In this document: positions 26,656 through 36,606 of the stretch, piece by piece
Numbering within the stretch: the stretch's first letter is position 1
How the letters are laid out: the number at the start of each line of letters is the position of its first letter
From: a bacterium
GTDB lineage: Bacteria; UBP15; UBA6099; JAJRTR01
Length of the DNA: 61,482 nucleotides
Direction of reading: 5' to 3'
Assembly: GCA_024278215.1 (NCBI GenBank)
Contig: JAJRTR010000111.1
Location: forward strand, 62,001-123,482
The notes under the pieces: model-generated
Told to the model about the DNA's origin: nothing
What the model saw: the letters and a program-made list of their open reading frames with translations, nothing else
Databases searched by the model: none
Made by a program: the position numbers and the translations under genes

Positions 26656-28337
26656 ATTCCTCAGGATTTCCATATAAGCCGTTTTTCAGGGTGATCGCCC
26701 TTGCTGTTCTTGTCGTCTTGTTTTCAGGATGCGGCGGAGGCGGCGGGGGCGGGACTGCCGTTGCTCCCACACCGCCTGCCACCGGCGACCCGCCCGTTCA
26801 ATCCAACTGGTCGCCCGCGAAAAACGCTTACGTCAATACCTCATCTTTTACTCTCACTTTTAATACGGACGAACCGGCAGTCTGCCGCTGGGCATCTGTC
26901 GATGTCGATTTCAGTGCCATGGCTTCGGCCTGCACGACGAGTTATACGCAAAGCCATAGCTGCGCGATCACAGGTCTGAGCGAGGGCGCCGCATACGTGT
27001 ATGTCTCGTGCGCCGACAGCGAGGGCGACAGCGACACGAGCGCGACCAATGAGAATATTTCATATTCGGTCGACATGTCCGCACCCTCGGTTGCAATCAT
27101 ACTGCCCGAAGCGGACAGCATAATCGATCTTTATGCACGCTCGTCGGACCTGCCCGTTGTCTCAGCCTCCTACAGCGACGACAGGTCGGGTATTGACGTT
27201 ACGTCGCTGAATGTCACCTTTACTGCCATGAACCGAACTATGTCCATAACCAACCTTTTCGGCAAAGACCCCTCGGCCAACAAGAGCGATTCGCGTACAG
27301 ACGAATCCGTAAGCGACCCGCTCGCCAGAACATCCGTATCCGGCTTCGCCGCGGGCTCATTCACATCGCCTGCCGCCACATGGACTGTATCCCACACGGG
27401 AAACGGCAACACCCTAAACATACTGGAGGCCGGAAGCGACAGGATTGTCGTGTGGGACACGGCGGGAGCCGGCCTGTGGATAATAAACGTTTCCGGCGGC
27501 GCGACCACCGAAGTCGTCCTCGGCGCATCGCCATCGTCGGTGGCCGTCTCGGCAGACTCCGGCAGACTCTACGCTGTGTTTCCCGGCGACACCCGCCTGC
27601 ACGAATACAAGCTGTCCGATGGAAGCGCCGCAGGCACTTATGATCTGCCCGGCCAACCGGCATTGCTCGCACATAATGCGCTACTTGACCGGCTATACAT
27701 ATCCTACGAATCGCGGCTCGAAATCGGCATATACGACTGCGCCGCCGCCTCTTTGTCCGCTGCTGTCACGGTCGCGGCGATTCCCGAAATACTGGCGGCA
27801 TGGCCGGGCGGCGACGGTAACATATTGACAATCGCGGATTCGGGCGGCGACTACAAACTCTTTGAAATATCCGACGCCGGCACAATCCTGCAATCCGTGT
27901 CCGTTACCCTCCAGATTCCAAAAGGCGTTATGGTGGATTCGGACAGCGGATATATCCTGGTTTCCGATTTTTCGTGGGAAAGAGTTGTTGCAGTTAATAT
28001 GAGCACCGGCGCGACGACACAGATCACAGTCGGCAATGAACCGCGCAGAATATTCAAAGGCAGCGGCGGTACAGCCTATGTTGTGAATTCGGGAGACAGG
28101 ACGATTACGCCGATAGACATGAACACGCTTACAACAGGTGGAGACATCGCCCCGGCCGCGCCCCCCGTTGACGGTGTTTGCTTAAGCGCAACAGGAGAAT
28201 GCTATCTCGTCGAAGATGTCTGGGACATTTCGACACAGGTTTCCGTCACAATTACCGCATCTGTGGATGACGCCGCGGGAAATACCGGAGACGGCTCCGT
28301 CAAAATATACGTGAATCCGCCTGTGCCGGGAGAATGA
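26652..28337 (+). CDS. Lipoprotein with Ig-like domains and YVTN-type beta-propeller
   Basis: Lipobox LFSGC plus Gly7 linker; ITVGNEPRRI, AYVVNSGDRTITPID; ATGA overlap with the upstream gene. Confidence 0.8.
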   Translation: MNSSGFPYKPFFRVIALAVLVVLFSGCGGGGGGGTAVAPTPPATGDPPVQSNWSPAKNAYVNTSSFTLTFNTDEPAVCRWASVDVDFSAMASACTTSYTQSHSCAITGLSEGAAYVYVSCADSEGDSDTSATNENISYSVDMSAPSVAIILPEADSIIDLYARSSDLPVVSASYSDDRSGIDVTSLNVTFTAMNRTMSITNLFGKDPSANKSDSRTDESVSDPLARTSVSGFAAGSFTSPAATWTVSHTGNGNTLNILEAGSDRIVVWDTAGAGLWIINVSGGATTEVVLGASPSSVAVSADSGRLYAVFPGDTRLHEYKLSDGSAAGTYDLPGQPALLAHNALLDRLYISYESRLEIGIYDCAAASLSAAVTVAAIPEILAAWPGGDGNILTIADSGGDYKLFEISDAGTILQSVSVTLQIPKGVMVDSDSGYILVSDFSWERVVAVNMSTGATTQITVGNEPRRIFKGSGGTAYVVNSGDRTITPIDMNTLTTGGDIAPAAPPVDGVCLSATGECYLVEDVWDISTQVSVTITASVDDAAGNTGDGSVKIYVNPPVPGE

Positions 28338-28439
28338 GTGTCCGGCGTTTTTCAAGGCGGCGGACGCGGATGCGCCACAGGGTATTGACCGGGCACAAAG
28401 CTGCGGCTTGCCTGTAATCCGGTATCAAACAGTATTCCT

Positions 28440-29597
28440 TCAGGTCAGTGGTCCTGACCATGTGAAATTCCTGTCGCTGATCTTCCCGAATAGCCTCGCT
28501 GCCGCGAGGCCATAGTACGCTTTTTCGCACAATTCGAACCAGCGGCTGCACCGTTTATCGTGCGGACGAACGCACGTCTGAATATAGCCGCCGGAGTACA
28601 CGTCATAAATGTTGTAGCCACCCGGATAGTCCATGGTGGCGGCTGTCTCGACAAAAGGAACGGTTTTTCCGCCGCCCCGCCTCAGTATCCGTTTATTTGC
28701 GTGAGTGTGTGCATAAAAAACACCGGCGACTGTCGGGTGCGCGTCTATGATCCCGAGGAACCTGCCGACACGGTTCACGAATGAGCGTTCGATGCTCCGC
28801 AGCGGTGGATTGTGCAGGTAAACAAAGACCGGCATGTGTGCCATACGCTTCATTTCTTTCTCGAACCATTCGAGCTCGGCCACCGGAAAAGTTGTGTATC
28901 CTGATTTCGGATGGATGCAATCGAGCAACAGGAATCCGCAGCCTTTGTGCTCGAACGACTGCCAACCATCGCGCACGCCGAAAGTGTTTCTGAAATAATC
29001 TTCGCGCATCCCGCCCGCCCGGTCGTGATTGCCCCTGATGATGTAATACGGATGTTCGAGCGAGTCCATAATTTCTTTCGAGCGGCGGATATTCCGCTCG
29101 GTATGATCGGTCACGAGGTCGCCCTTGACGATGATGAAATCCAGCTCGAGTTCATTCAATTCCCTGACGACAGCTTCATTTGTGTATTGCCAGAAGGGAA
29201 CACCGTCTATGTCGAGCTTGAGGCCCGGCGTGAGCGGCAGCCACTTGAGGCCGGGAAGTATGATCAGCCCGTATATTTCTTCGCCGACATGAATATCGTT
29301 TATTGTCGCAAACCGGAACCTGAACCGGCCACCCGGTTTTTTCAGAGTATCGAACGCGCCCTTATAAACTGTGCCGCCGCCTGCGCTGATCTGAAATTTA
29401 TAAGCCGCGCCGGCAACAAGTCCGTCGAACGCGGCAAGGTAGTGCCTGCCGTTCACAACTTCCACGCGTGCGCTGAGTTTCTTATTGTCAACAGGGGATG
29501 AACACGACGCAACGAAATCGGCGGGCCTGTCCGCGCGCCAGTTTACGCGCGCACCGCGCTCGGACACCGTGACGATCTCGACATTGCTGATTTTCAT
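28440..29597 (-). CDS. Calcineurin-like metallophosphoesterase (CpdA/Icc-like) with N-terminal FN3-like domain
   Basis: DIHVG, KGDLV, RGNHD, LHNPP, AHTH motifs; GLVAGAAYKFQI FN3 signature. Confidence 0.85.
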   Translation of the reverse strand: MKISNVEIVTVSERGARVNWRADRPADFVASCSSPVDNKKLSARVEVVNGRHYLAAFDGLVAGAAYKFQISAGGGTVYKGAFDTLKKPGGRFRFRFATINDIHVGEEIYGLIILPGLKWLPLTPGLKLDIDGVPFWQYTNEAVVRELNELELDFIIVKGDLVTDHTERNIRRSKEIMDSLEHPYYIIRGNHDRAGGMREDYFRNTFGVRDGWQSFEHKGCGFLLLDCIHPKSGYTTFPVAELEWFEKEMKRMAHMPVFVYLHNPPLRSIERSFVNRVGRFLGIIDAHPTVAGVFYAHTHANKRILRRGGGKTVPFVETAATMDYPGGYNIYDVYSGGYIQTCVRPHDKRCSRWFELCEKAYYGLAAARLFGKISDRNFTWSGPLT

Positions 29598-29657
29598 AAT
29601 ATTTGTAACCGGGCACGAATGAAATCACTGGTAAAAAGTATGAATTATTTGTAAATG

Positions 29658-31460
29658 CTACTTGAGAACCTCTTTGATGTCCTTGAACACTGTAGTGTTT
29701 TCAGATAATGAATTTCTGCCCGTTGAAACCTTATCGCTGAGATAAATCTTCAGGCCGTCCCTTTCGGGTTCGGAAGCAACATAGTCGATCCATTGTGTCA
29801 TGGCTGGGAAGTCGGGCCGGGCGGATAAGTTCTCCATCAATTTAACATTTGCCGATTCGTGATCGCCCGGAAAGACCACGAGTTTGTCGATTCTTTTGTC
29901 GTATACCGAGGCAATGTATGCAAGCGACGGACTCATCAGCCCTTTTGCGGCCACGATGATCTCGAACGAAGCGTTGCCTTCGCCTTGTTTCCCGGCTGCT
30001 ACCGGTGATAGCACCTGCTCGGTGAAGTCTATCGCGCGGCGGATGTCAAAGGTCGTCTGGAGCATAGCGTCCGCGGTAGTAACGGCATATTTTGAAATGA
30101 ACGATCTGCCGTCCACCGCCCTGCCGCCATGATATTCGAGATCGAAAGCGACAAACATATACCCGGCGTCCGTTGCGGCTTTCATCATTTCTTCCGCTTC
30201 GTTTTTGTCGCCGTTCACTTCATGCACATAGATCACCGCTCCCTTTAAAGCAGACGTGCGGTCGCCGATCACAGCATGGCCGGTCACCTTTTTATCGTGC
30301 GTGCTGAGGAACACAAAGTCTGTTGCACCGTCGATAAAAGCTGTCGTTGACGCACCGTCCGGTACCAGCGGCAGAAACGATTCATAGGCGAAAAGATCAT
30401 AAAGCGGAATAGCTGTCCGGGGCGGGGGTAGCGGCTTCTTGCGTTTCATATTGAAAGGTTTGGTATTGTTCCCGAGCACCTGCGCGCCGATCTTGGCCGG
30501 GTCTTTGTCGCCGATAAGATAATCGTTGAAAAACTTGTCGATATACGGGTAAGCATTATCGAACCCCAGGTCGTGGTCTTCGTTGAACCAGACAATTATC
30601 TTTGGTTCCTTCAGGCGATTATAAAGGAGTTTGTTCGAGCCGGGATTAACGAGTATGTCGTGCTTCGCATTCAACATGAGCACGGGCCGTGGAGAAATCA
30701 ACTGCGCCAGATTTATCGGGTCCGCAGGTGCGACAACACGCCTGAACAACTTTATATCAAGCGGATGCGCACCCTTTCTTAATCCAAGCGCCTCCGCCAC
30801 GACGCTGTGTTTAAGAAGGTATCCCCAGTCCGCGCCGCCGACCGCCAGTGCTACGGCCCTGAGTCGCGGCTCCTCCGCCGCCAGCGCGGCACCGATTATT
30901 CCACCCATAGAACCGCCGATGTAGCCCACCCTGTGGATGTTTATATCGTCCCGCTGTCCCATGAAATCTATTCCGCGCTTGTAATCTATCACTGTCTGGA
31001 TCATTGCGTCGCGCGACGAATACGGCAACTTCGAGTACATATCTTTGCCCGGCACTTTCCTGTCGCCGTGGTATTCGGGATCGAGCGCCATAGCGGCGCA
31101 GCCCTTCGCGCTGAGCTGCTCGACCGCCTGGAACAGCATGTTCTTGCTACCGCCGTATCCCGACATGAGAACAACCAGCGGATACGGTTTATCGCCCTTC
31201 GCGGGCAATGAATAATAACCGGGAACCCGCTTGTCGTGCCTGCTGTCGATCTCGAAGTAGTAGACAGTATACGCATCAGTTTTTTTGTGAACCTTCTGCG
31301 TCGCGTTCAGCGGAAGGTCGGTGTCGTAGGCATAGAACTGATCGATAGGCCACGTATTCCGACTGTTGCTGTTTGCAAGCAACGGCCCACATGCGAACAG
31401 GTTAGTGAGAAACAGTGTGCTTATCAGCAAAAAGACTTTAGTAAAATATTTACGGTTCAT
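29658..31460 (-). CDS. Exported alpha/beta hydrolase with duplicated, degenerate second domain
   Basis: Signal peptide; GGSMGG nucleophile elbow, HDILV, EDH; second domain repeats AYE..LPL, DLEYHG, DAMLQT..RRAIDF. Confidence 0.85.
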   Translation of the reverse strand: MNRKYFTKVFLLISTLFLTNLFACGPLLANSNSRNTWPIDQFYAYDTDLPLNATQKVHKKTDAYTVYYFEIDSRHDKRVPGYYSLPAKGDKPYPLVVLMSGYGGSKNMLFQAVEQLSAKGCAAMALDPEYHGDRKVPGKDMYSKLPYSSRDAMIQTVIDYKRGIDFMGQRDDINIHRVGYIGGSMGGIIGAALAAEEPRLRAVALAVGGADWGYLLKHSVVAEALGLRKGAHPLDIKLFRRVVAPADPINLAQLISPRPVLMLNAKHDILVNPGSNKLLYNRLKEPKIIVWFNEDHDLGFDNAYPYIDKFFNDYLIGDKDPAKIGAQVLGNNTKPFNMKRKKPLPPPRTAIPLYDLFAYESFLPLVPDGASTTAFIDGATDFVFLSTHDKKVTGHAVIGDRTSALKGAVIYVHEVNGDKNEAEEMMKAATDAGYMFVAFDLEYHGGRAVDGRSFISKYAVTTADAMLQTTFDIRRAIDFTEQVLSPVAAGKQGEGNASFEIIVAAKGLMSPSLAYIASVYDKRIDKLVVFPGDHESANVKLMENLSARPDFPAMTQWIDYVASEPERDGLKIYLSDKVSTGRNSLSENTTVFKDIKEVLK

Positions 31461-31568
31461 TTTTCTCCATTCGTTTATAAGGCTCAAGGGATATTATACA
31501 TTTTCAGGTGAAGTTATTTCCACAGGCACTAACCCGGCTATGACGGGTTTTTTTTTGCTGTCGAAAAA

Positions 31569-32729
31569 TCAGCAGACTATCAAACTGAAAATCGAATTGC
31601 TGATGAATGTGTGTTCGGGCGCGAGGCGGTACGAATTCCTGCCTGTAGCAATCACAAGGCCCTGCCGTTCCAACCCGGCGAGGTCTGTGCCGAGTTCGCT
31701 GATCTCGCGATGGGAGAAGGCGTCCGTGAAACGGTCGAGCTCGACGCCGGCTGTTGTGCGCAGCGCCATGACGGCGAGTTCGCGGAGCGCGCGGCGCGCG
31801 GCGAGCCTCTCGCCGCCCTCGCGCGGCAGCCGGCCGGCCCTGATCCTGCCGACATAAGTTTTCATGTCGGACACGTTTTTATATCTCGAGCCGTCGACGT
31901 ACGATGAAGCGGCGAGTCCCGCGCCGATGTATTCCACGGCGGTCCAGTAGGTGAGGTTGTGGCGGCACTCGCGGCCCGGCGCTGCAAAGTTTGAAATTTC
32001 ATACCTTTTATAGCCGGCGTTTTCGAGCTTTTCAAGCGCCGCATAGTACATGTCGGCCTGTAACTCGGTATCGGGCTCCGGGAATTCACCGGATTGAATC
32101 GACTGCCGTAAAGGTGTTCCAGGCGGTATTTCGAGGCAGTAGATTGAGATGTGATCGGCGGAAAGAGTTATTGCGCGGTCGAGTGTTATAAGCCAGTGAG
32201 ACGCAGTCTGTCCGGGCAGTCCGTAGATCAGGTCGAGAGCGACCGCGCCGAACCCGGCGGCGGTCGCCGCGTGCACGAAACGCTCAGCATCCGCTGAAGT
32301 GTGCAGCCTTCCAAGCAGCGCGAGTTCTCTGTCGTCGAGAGATTGAACACCGATTGATAACCTGTTGATCCCGGCGGCGTGAATCTGCGAAAACCATTCG
32401 GCGGGTTTTGTGACGGAACCGGGATTCGCTTCGATGGAAACTTCCGCGCCGTCTTCTATGCCGAACAGGTCTTTGACACAATCTATTATGGTTTTTATTT
32501 CCCTGTTGCGCATAAGCGAAGGGGTGCCGCCGCCGAAAAAGATTGTACTGAAACTTCGGCCTCTGAATTCATGCGAAAAGGAAAGCAGTCGAAGTTCATG
32601 TGAGAGCGCGTTGATGTATGCGGTTATTTCCTTACGGGACGCCGCGGGTGAAGAAACGAAATCGCAGTATGCGCATTTCCTTATGCAGAAAGGGAAGTGG
32701 ATGTAAAGAGATAATGGCGGCGTGTTCAT
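31569..32729 (-). CDS. hemW: Radical SAM heme chaperone HemW (HemN-like)
   Basis: LYIHFPFCIRKCAYCDF, FGGGTPS, EANP, RLSIGVQS, YEISNFA, HNLTYW; downstream of lepA. Confidence 0.93.
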   Translation of the reverse strand: MNTPPLSLYIHFPFCIRKCAYCDFVSSPAASRKEITAYINALSHELRLLSFSHEFRGRSFSTIFFGGGTPSLMRNREIKTIIDCVKDLFGIEDGAEVSIEANPGSVTKPAEWFSQIHAAGINRLSIGVQSLDDRELALLGRLHTSADAERFVHAATAAGFGAVALDLIYGLPGQTASHWLITLDRAITLSADHISIYCLEIPPGTPLRQSIQSGEFPEPDTELQADMYYAALEKLENAGYKRYEISNFAAPGRECRHNLTYWTAVEYIGAGLAASSYVDGSRYKNVSDMKTYVGRIRAGRLPREGGERLAARRALRELAVMALRTTAGVELDRFTDAFSHREISELGTDLAGLERQGLVIATGRNSYRLAPEHTFISNSIFSLIVC

Positions 32730-32773
32730 ATCGTAATAATTACTGAACTACTGTGTTTGTTAAATGTATTGTG

Positions 32774-34588
32774 TTATTTTTTTTCAACTTCGAGAATTGA
32801 AAGGAATGCTTCCTGCGGGATATCGACATTGCCGACGCTTTTCATGCGTTTTTTACCTTCCTTCTGCTTCTCGAGCAGTTTGCGTTTACGGGTGATGTCG
32901 CCGCCGTAGCATTTGGCGGTAACATTTTTGCGGATGGCCGGAATAGTCTCGCGCGAGATAATCCTGCTGCCGACAGCCGCCTGGAGTGGCACCTGGAACA
33001 TGTGGCGGGGGATCAGCTTGCGGAGCTTCTCGACGATGCGGCGGCCCTTGTGATAGGCGGATTCGCTGTGGACTATCATGCTGAGCGAATCGACTTTCTT
33101 TTCACCCACGAGTATATCCAGCTTGCAGAGTTTCGAGGGCCGGTACGAGTCGTATTGATAGTCCAGAGATGCGAAACCTCGCGAGCACGACTTGAGCTTG
33201 TCGAAGAAATCGAATATCACTTCGCTCAGCGGGATGAGATAAACGATCTTGACGCGCATCTCGGATATGTAATCCATCGAAACGAATTCACCCCGCTTGT
33301 CTTTTGCCAGTTCCATCACCGGGCCGATGTATTCCTCGGGCGTGAGAATCTGCGCGCGGACAAACGGCTCCTCGATCTTATCGATTTTTACATTTTCCGG
33401 GTACTCGCTCGGGTTCTTGATTTCGATGGGTTCCTCGCCGTAGACAGTCACCCTGTACATGACGGTGGGAGCGGTGGCGACGAGGCTGATGTCGTACTCG
33501 CGTTCGAGCCGCTCCTGGATGATGTCCATGTGGAAGAGTCCGAGGAAGCCGCAGCGGAACCCGAATCCGAGAACCGCGGACGATTCCGGTTCGTAGACGA
33601 GTGCGGAGTCGTTGAGCGCGAGTTTTTCGAGCGCGTCGCGCAGGTCTTCATATTTGTCGCTGTCTGTTGAGAAGTAGCCGCAGTATACCATCGGCTGAAT
33701 GCCGCGGTAACCCGGCAGAGGTTCCAGTGCCGGGTTCGCCGCGTCGGTCACAGTGTCGCCGACTTTGAGTTCTTTTATATTTTTCACGCCCGCGATCACG
33801 TAGCCGACATCACCCGACTCGAGCTTTTCGCAGGGTGTCATGTCCGGCGCGAAAACGCCTACTTCGTTTACTTCGCAGTCCCGCCCGGCCGCCATGAAGT
33901 TTATAGTCGAGCCGGCCCGGATGACACCTGTGAACATGCGCACATAGGCGATGGCGCCGCGATATTTATCATAATGCGAATCGAATATGAGACCCCGCGC
34001 GAGCCCCTTTTCGATCTTCGGCGGCGGCACATATTTCACAATCGCCTCCATGAGCTCACTGATGCCGATACCCTCTTTTGCGCTTACGAGCACCGCATTG
34101 TCGCTGTCTATGCCGAGAACCAGTTCGAGTTCGTCCTTCACGCGCTGCGGGTCGGCGGTGGGGAGGTCGATTTTGTTTATCACCGGAACGATCACAAGGT
34201 CGTTTTCCTGAGCGAGGTGGAAGTTGGCCACAGTCTGCGCTTCGACGCCCTGGGCGGCGTCCACGACGAGCAACACACCTTCGCAGGCAGCCAGGCTGCG
34301 CGACACTTCGTAGGAGAAGTCGACGTGCCCCGGCGTGTCGATGAGATTAAGACGATAACAGTTACCGTCGTCGGCTTTGTAATCTATGCGGACCGCCTGG
34401 AGTTTCACAGTTACACCGCGCTCGCGCTCGACCTCGAGCCGGTCGAGATACTGAGGCCGGAACGCGCGCGAATCCACCGAATTCGTCATCTGAAGGATAC
34501 GGTCAGCCAGCGTTGATTTGCCGTGGTCGACATGCGCTATTATCGAAAAATTTCTTATATTATCTCTGCTTACATTGTTTGACAGCAT
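32774..34588 (-). CDS. lepA: Elongation factor 4
   Basis: [61 protein letters not shown]. Confidence 0.99.
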   Translation of the reverse strand: MLSNNVSRDNIRNFSIIAHVDHGKSTLADRILQMTNSVDSRAFRPQYLDRLEVERERGVTVKLQAVRIDYKADDGNCYRLNLIDTPGHVDFSYEVSRSLAACEGVLLVVDAAQGVEAQTVANFHLAQENDLVIVPVINKIDLPTADPQRVKDELELVLGIDSDNAVLVSAKEGIGISELMEAIVKYVPPPKIEKGLARGLIFDSHYDKYRGAIAYVRMFTGVIRAGSTINFMAAGRDCEVNEVGVFAPDMTPCEKLESGDVGYVIAGVKNIKELKVGDTVTDAANPALEPLPGYRGIQPMVYCGYFSTDSDKYEDLRDALEKLALNDSALVYEPESSAVLGFGFRCGFLGLFHMDIIQERLEREYDISLVATAPTVMYRVTVYGEEPIEIKNPSEYPENVKIDKIEEPFVRAQILTPEEYIGPVMELAKDKRGEFVSMDYISEMRVKIVYLIPLSEVIFDFFDKLKSCSRGFASLDYQYDSYRPSKLCKLDILVGEKKVDSLSMIVHSESAYHKGRRIVEKLRKLIPRHMFQVPLQAAVGSRIISRETIPAIRKNVTAKCYGGDITRKRKLLEKQKEGKKRMKSVGNVDIPQEAFLSILEVEKK

Positions 34589-34697
34589 TATGTTCTCCGC
34601 CCCGCGCGGGGCTATCACCCGAATTGTTTAAAAATGCGGACGATATATTCCAACGATGGATTATGGGCGTTTGGAGGTCGGTTTTCAAGTAATATGG

Positions 34698-36362
34698 TTA
34701 GTCGGAAGGTTTATCTGACGGCGTTTTTCTGCCGAATCGGGTTTTGACCATGTCGACGACTTCGTCGATTTCTTTGATCCTGAAGATTTTGCCCGCGCCG
34801 AGATAAACCACTGCTCCCGTGCTGCCGCCTGCGAGCAGCCTGACGATGGGATCGAAACCGACGAGCGCATGGTCGACAAACCAGCAGGCCGCCGCCATGG
34901 GAACCGCCGCCGCGCTGACACGTGCAAGCGACATCACTATGGGCGCCAGACTCAGACCGGGCACGCGCCGCCTCAGCAGCGCCGTCAGAGTGACGAAATT
35001 GAATAGCGTACCTATCGACACCGACAGCGCCACGCCGCCGTACGACAGTCCTTTCAGGGCGACGCCGAGATAGAAAAACGGCGATATTCTGCAAACCAGC
35101 AGTAGCGGTTTCAGTACAATGAGCGTCTCCGCCGCCATTCTGCTTTCGACTATCCCCATGCTGAAGGGGACCGAGATGAAAAGAACGCTGAAGACGCCGA
35201 CCAGGAACGGTGTGCGCGTGTCCTGCATCGAGTAGAAACCCCGGCTGACGATAGTAAGTGCAGTGTGGCCGGGCAGCCCGACGGCGTAGAAGGCGAGAGC
35301 GAATGCCGTCGCGCGGCAGTCTGCGACAGTGAATTCGCCGCCGCCGAACAATACCCTCGTTATCGGCTCGCCGAGCACGAGGAACGCGACCATCGAGGGC
35401 AGCGCGAAAGCGAATGTGGTGTTCACGCCGCGCGTGAGAGTCGACCTGAATTCCGCCATCTTTCCGCCGCCCGCCTGCCGCGACAACGTCGGGAATATCG
35501 CCATCGATATGGCGTTTCCGAATATCCCCAGGGGCAGCAGCAGAAGCCGTACACCGCCCGAAAGTGCGCTCACCGCCCCTTCGCCCATCAGCGAACCGAA
35601 TGTGTTTGGAAGTATCAGCAGATTCACCTGTGAAACGGATAGCCCGAGCATGGCGGGCAGGAACAGCTTCAGCATTTTTTTCACAGCCGGGTTGCCCGCG
35701 CCTATCGTGGGGATGTATCGCACACCCTTCGCGTATATCACCGGCGCCTGCACGAGAAGCATCGAGAACGCACCCGCCAGCACACCGTAGGCGAGGCTGC
35801 GGATCCCGTATATCTCGTGAAAAAGCACCGCCGCGGTAATTATGCCGATGTTGTGCATGCACCATGCGATGGCCGGGGCGGCGAAGTGGTCGTGCGCGTT
35901 CAATATGCCGTTGAATAATGCCGACAGCGACGTCAGCACAACCATCGGAAATATTATCCTGATGATGGTGACGCACAACTCGAAGGTCTTCGGGTCGTCT
36001 TTGAATCCGGGCACGAGCACCGACGCGAGCTGCGGCGCGAAAATCATGCCCAGCATGACACAGACACCTACGAAAAGTACTGTGATGGTCGCGATGGCCG
36101 AGGCCAGCGAGTGCGCGTCTTTTTCTTTGCCCTTCTGCAGGAGTTCCGAGTAGACGGGGATGAAAGCGACGGTCATCGCGCCGCCGGAAGCGAGAATATA
36201 GAGCAGGTCGGAAACAGCGAACGCGCCGAAAAAGGCGTCCGTCTCGTAGCCGCGACCAAAGTAGTAGAATATGGTTTTATAGCGGATATACCCTAACAGG
36301 CGGCTGACGATCATGCCGCCCATTACGATGGCTGCCGCTTTTTTTACGCTTCCGGTTGTCAA
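34698..36362 (-). CDS. murJ: Lipid II flippase MurJ/MviN
   Basis: SRLLGYIR, DAFFGAF, GAMTVAFIP, LPLGIFG, RGFYSMQDTRTP; many TM helices. Confidence 0.93.
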   Translation of the reverse strand: MTTGSVKKAAAIVMGGMIVSRLLGYIRYKTIFYYFGRGYETDAFFGAFAVSDLLYILASGGAMTVAFIPVYSELLQKGKEKDAHSLASAIATITVLFVGVCVMLGMIFAPQLASVLVPGFKDDPKTFELCVTIIRIIFPMVVLTSLSALFNGILNAHDHFAAPAIAWCMHNIGIITAAVLFHEIYGIRSLAYGVLAGAFSMLLVQAPVIYAKGVRYIPTIGAGNPAVKKMLKLFLPAMLGLSVSQVNLLILPNTFGSLMGEGAVSALSGGVRLLLLPLGIFGNAISMAIFPTLSRQAGGGKMAEFRSTLTRGVNTTFAFALPSMVAFLVLGEPITRVLFGGGEFTVADCRATAFALAFYAVGLPGHTALTIVSRGFYSMQDTRTPFLVGVFSVLFISVPFSMGIVESRMAAETLIVLKPLLLVCRISPFFYLGVALKGLSYGGVALSVSIGTLFNFVTLTALLRRRVPGLSLAPIVMSLARVSAAAVPMAAACWFVDHALVGFDPIVRLLAGGSTGAVVYLGAGKIFRIKEIDEVVDMVKTRFGRKTPSDKPSD

Positions 36363-36408
36363 ATATCTGTTTGCCTCGTTTGACTTCGATAGCTGCTACC
36401 TGTCATGT

Positions 36409-36455
36409 AGCCAATCGCAAAATACGATTCGGCCGTGGTCGGCTGCAATTGGCTC
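36409..36455. repeat. 47-bp miniature derivative of the MITE-like element
   Basis: agccaatcgcaaaat-acgattcggccgtggtcggc-tgcaattggctc keeps both termini. Confidence 0.75.
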
Positions 36456-36606
36456 AATGACGATGGCTTTGCCGAAAAGTTTTCATTGCTTACTGCCATA
36501 CGTACGAAAACACCTGTCGCTATTGTAATAATCTCCATTTTCGCAACAAGTTAATTGTCAGGAATCATGATTGCGGCTGCGGAGTTGGCGCGTCGCAGGG
36601 ACCGGG

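Noticed and set aside
34711-35976. 421-aa alternative-frame ORF inside murJ
   Set aside because: Arg-rich shadow frame of a GC-rich gene with no family motifs.
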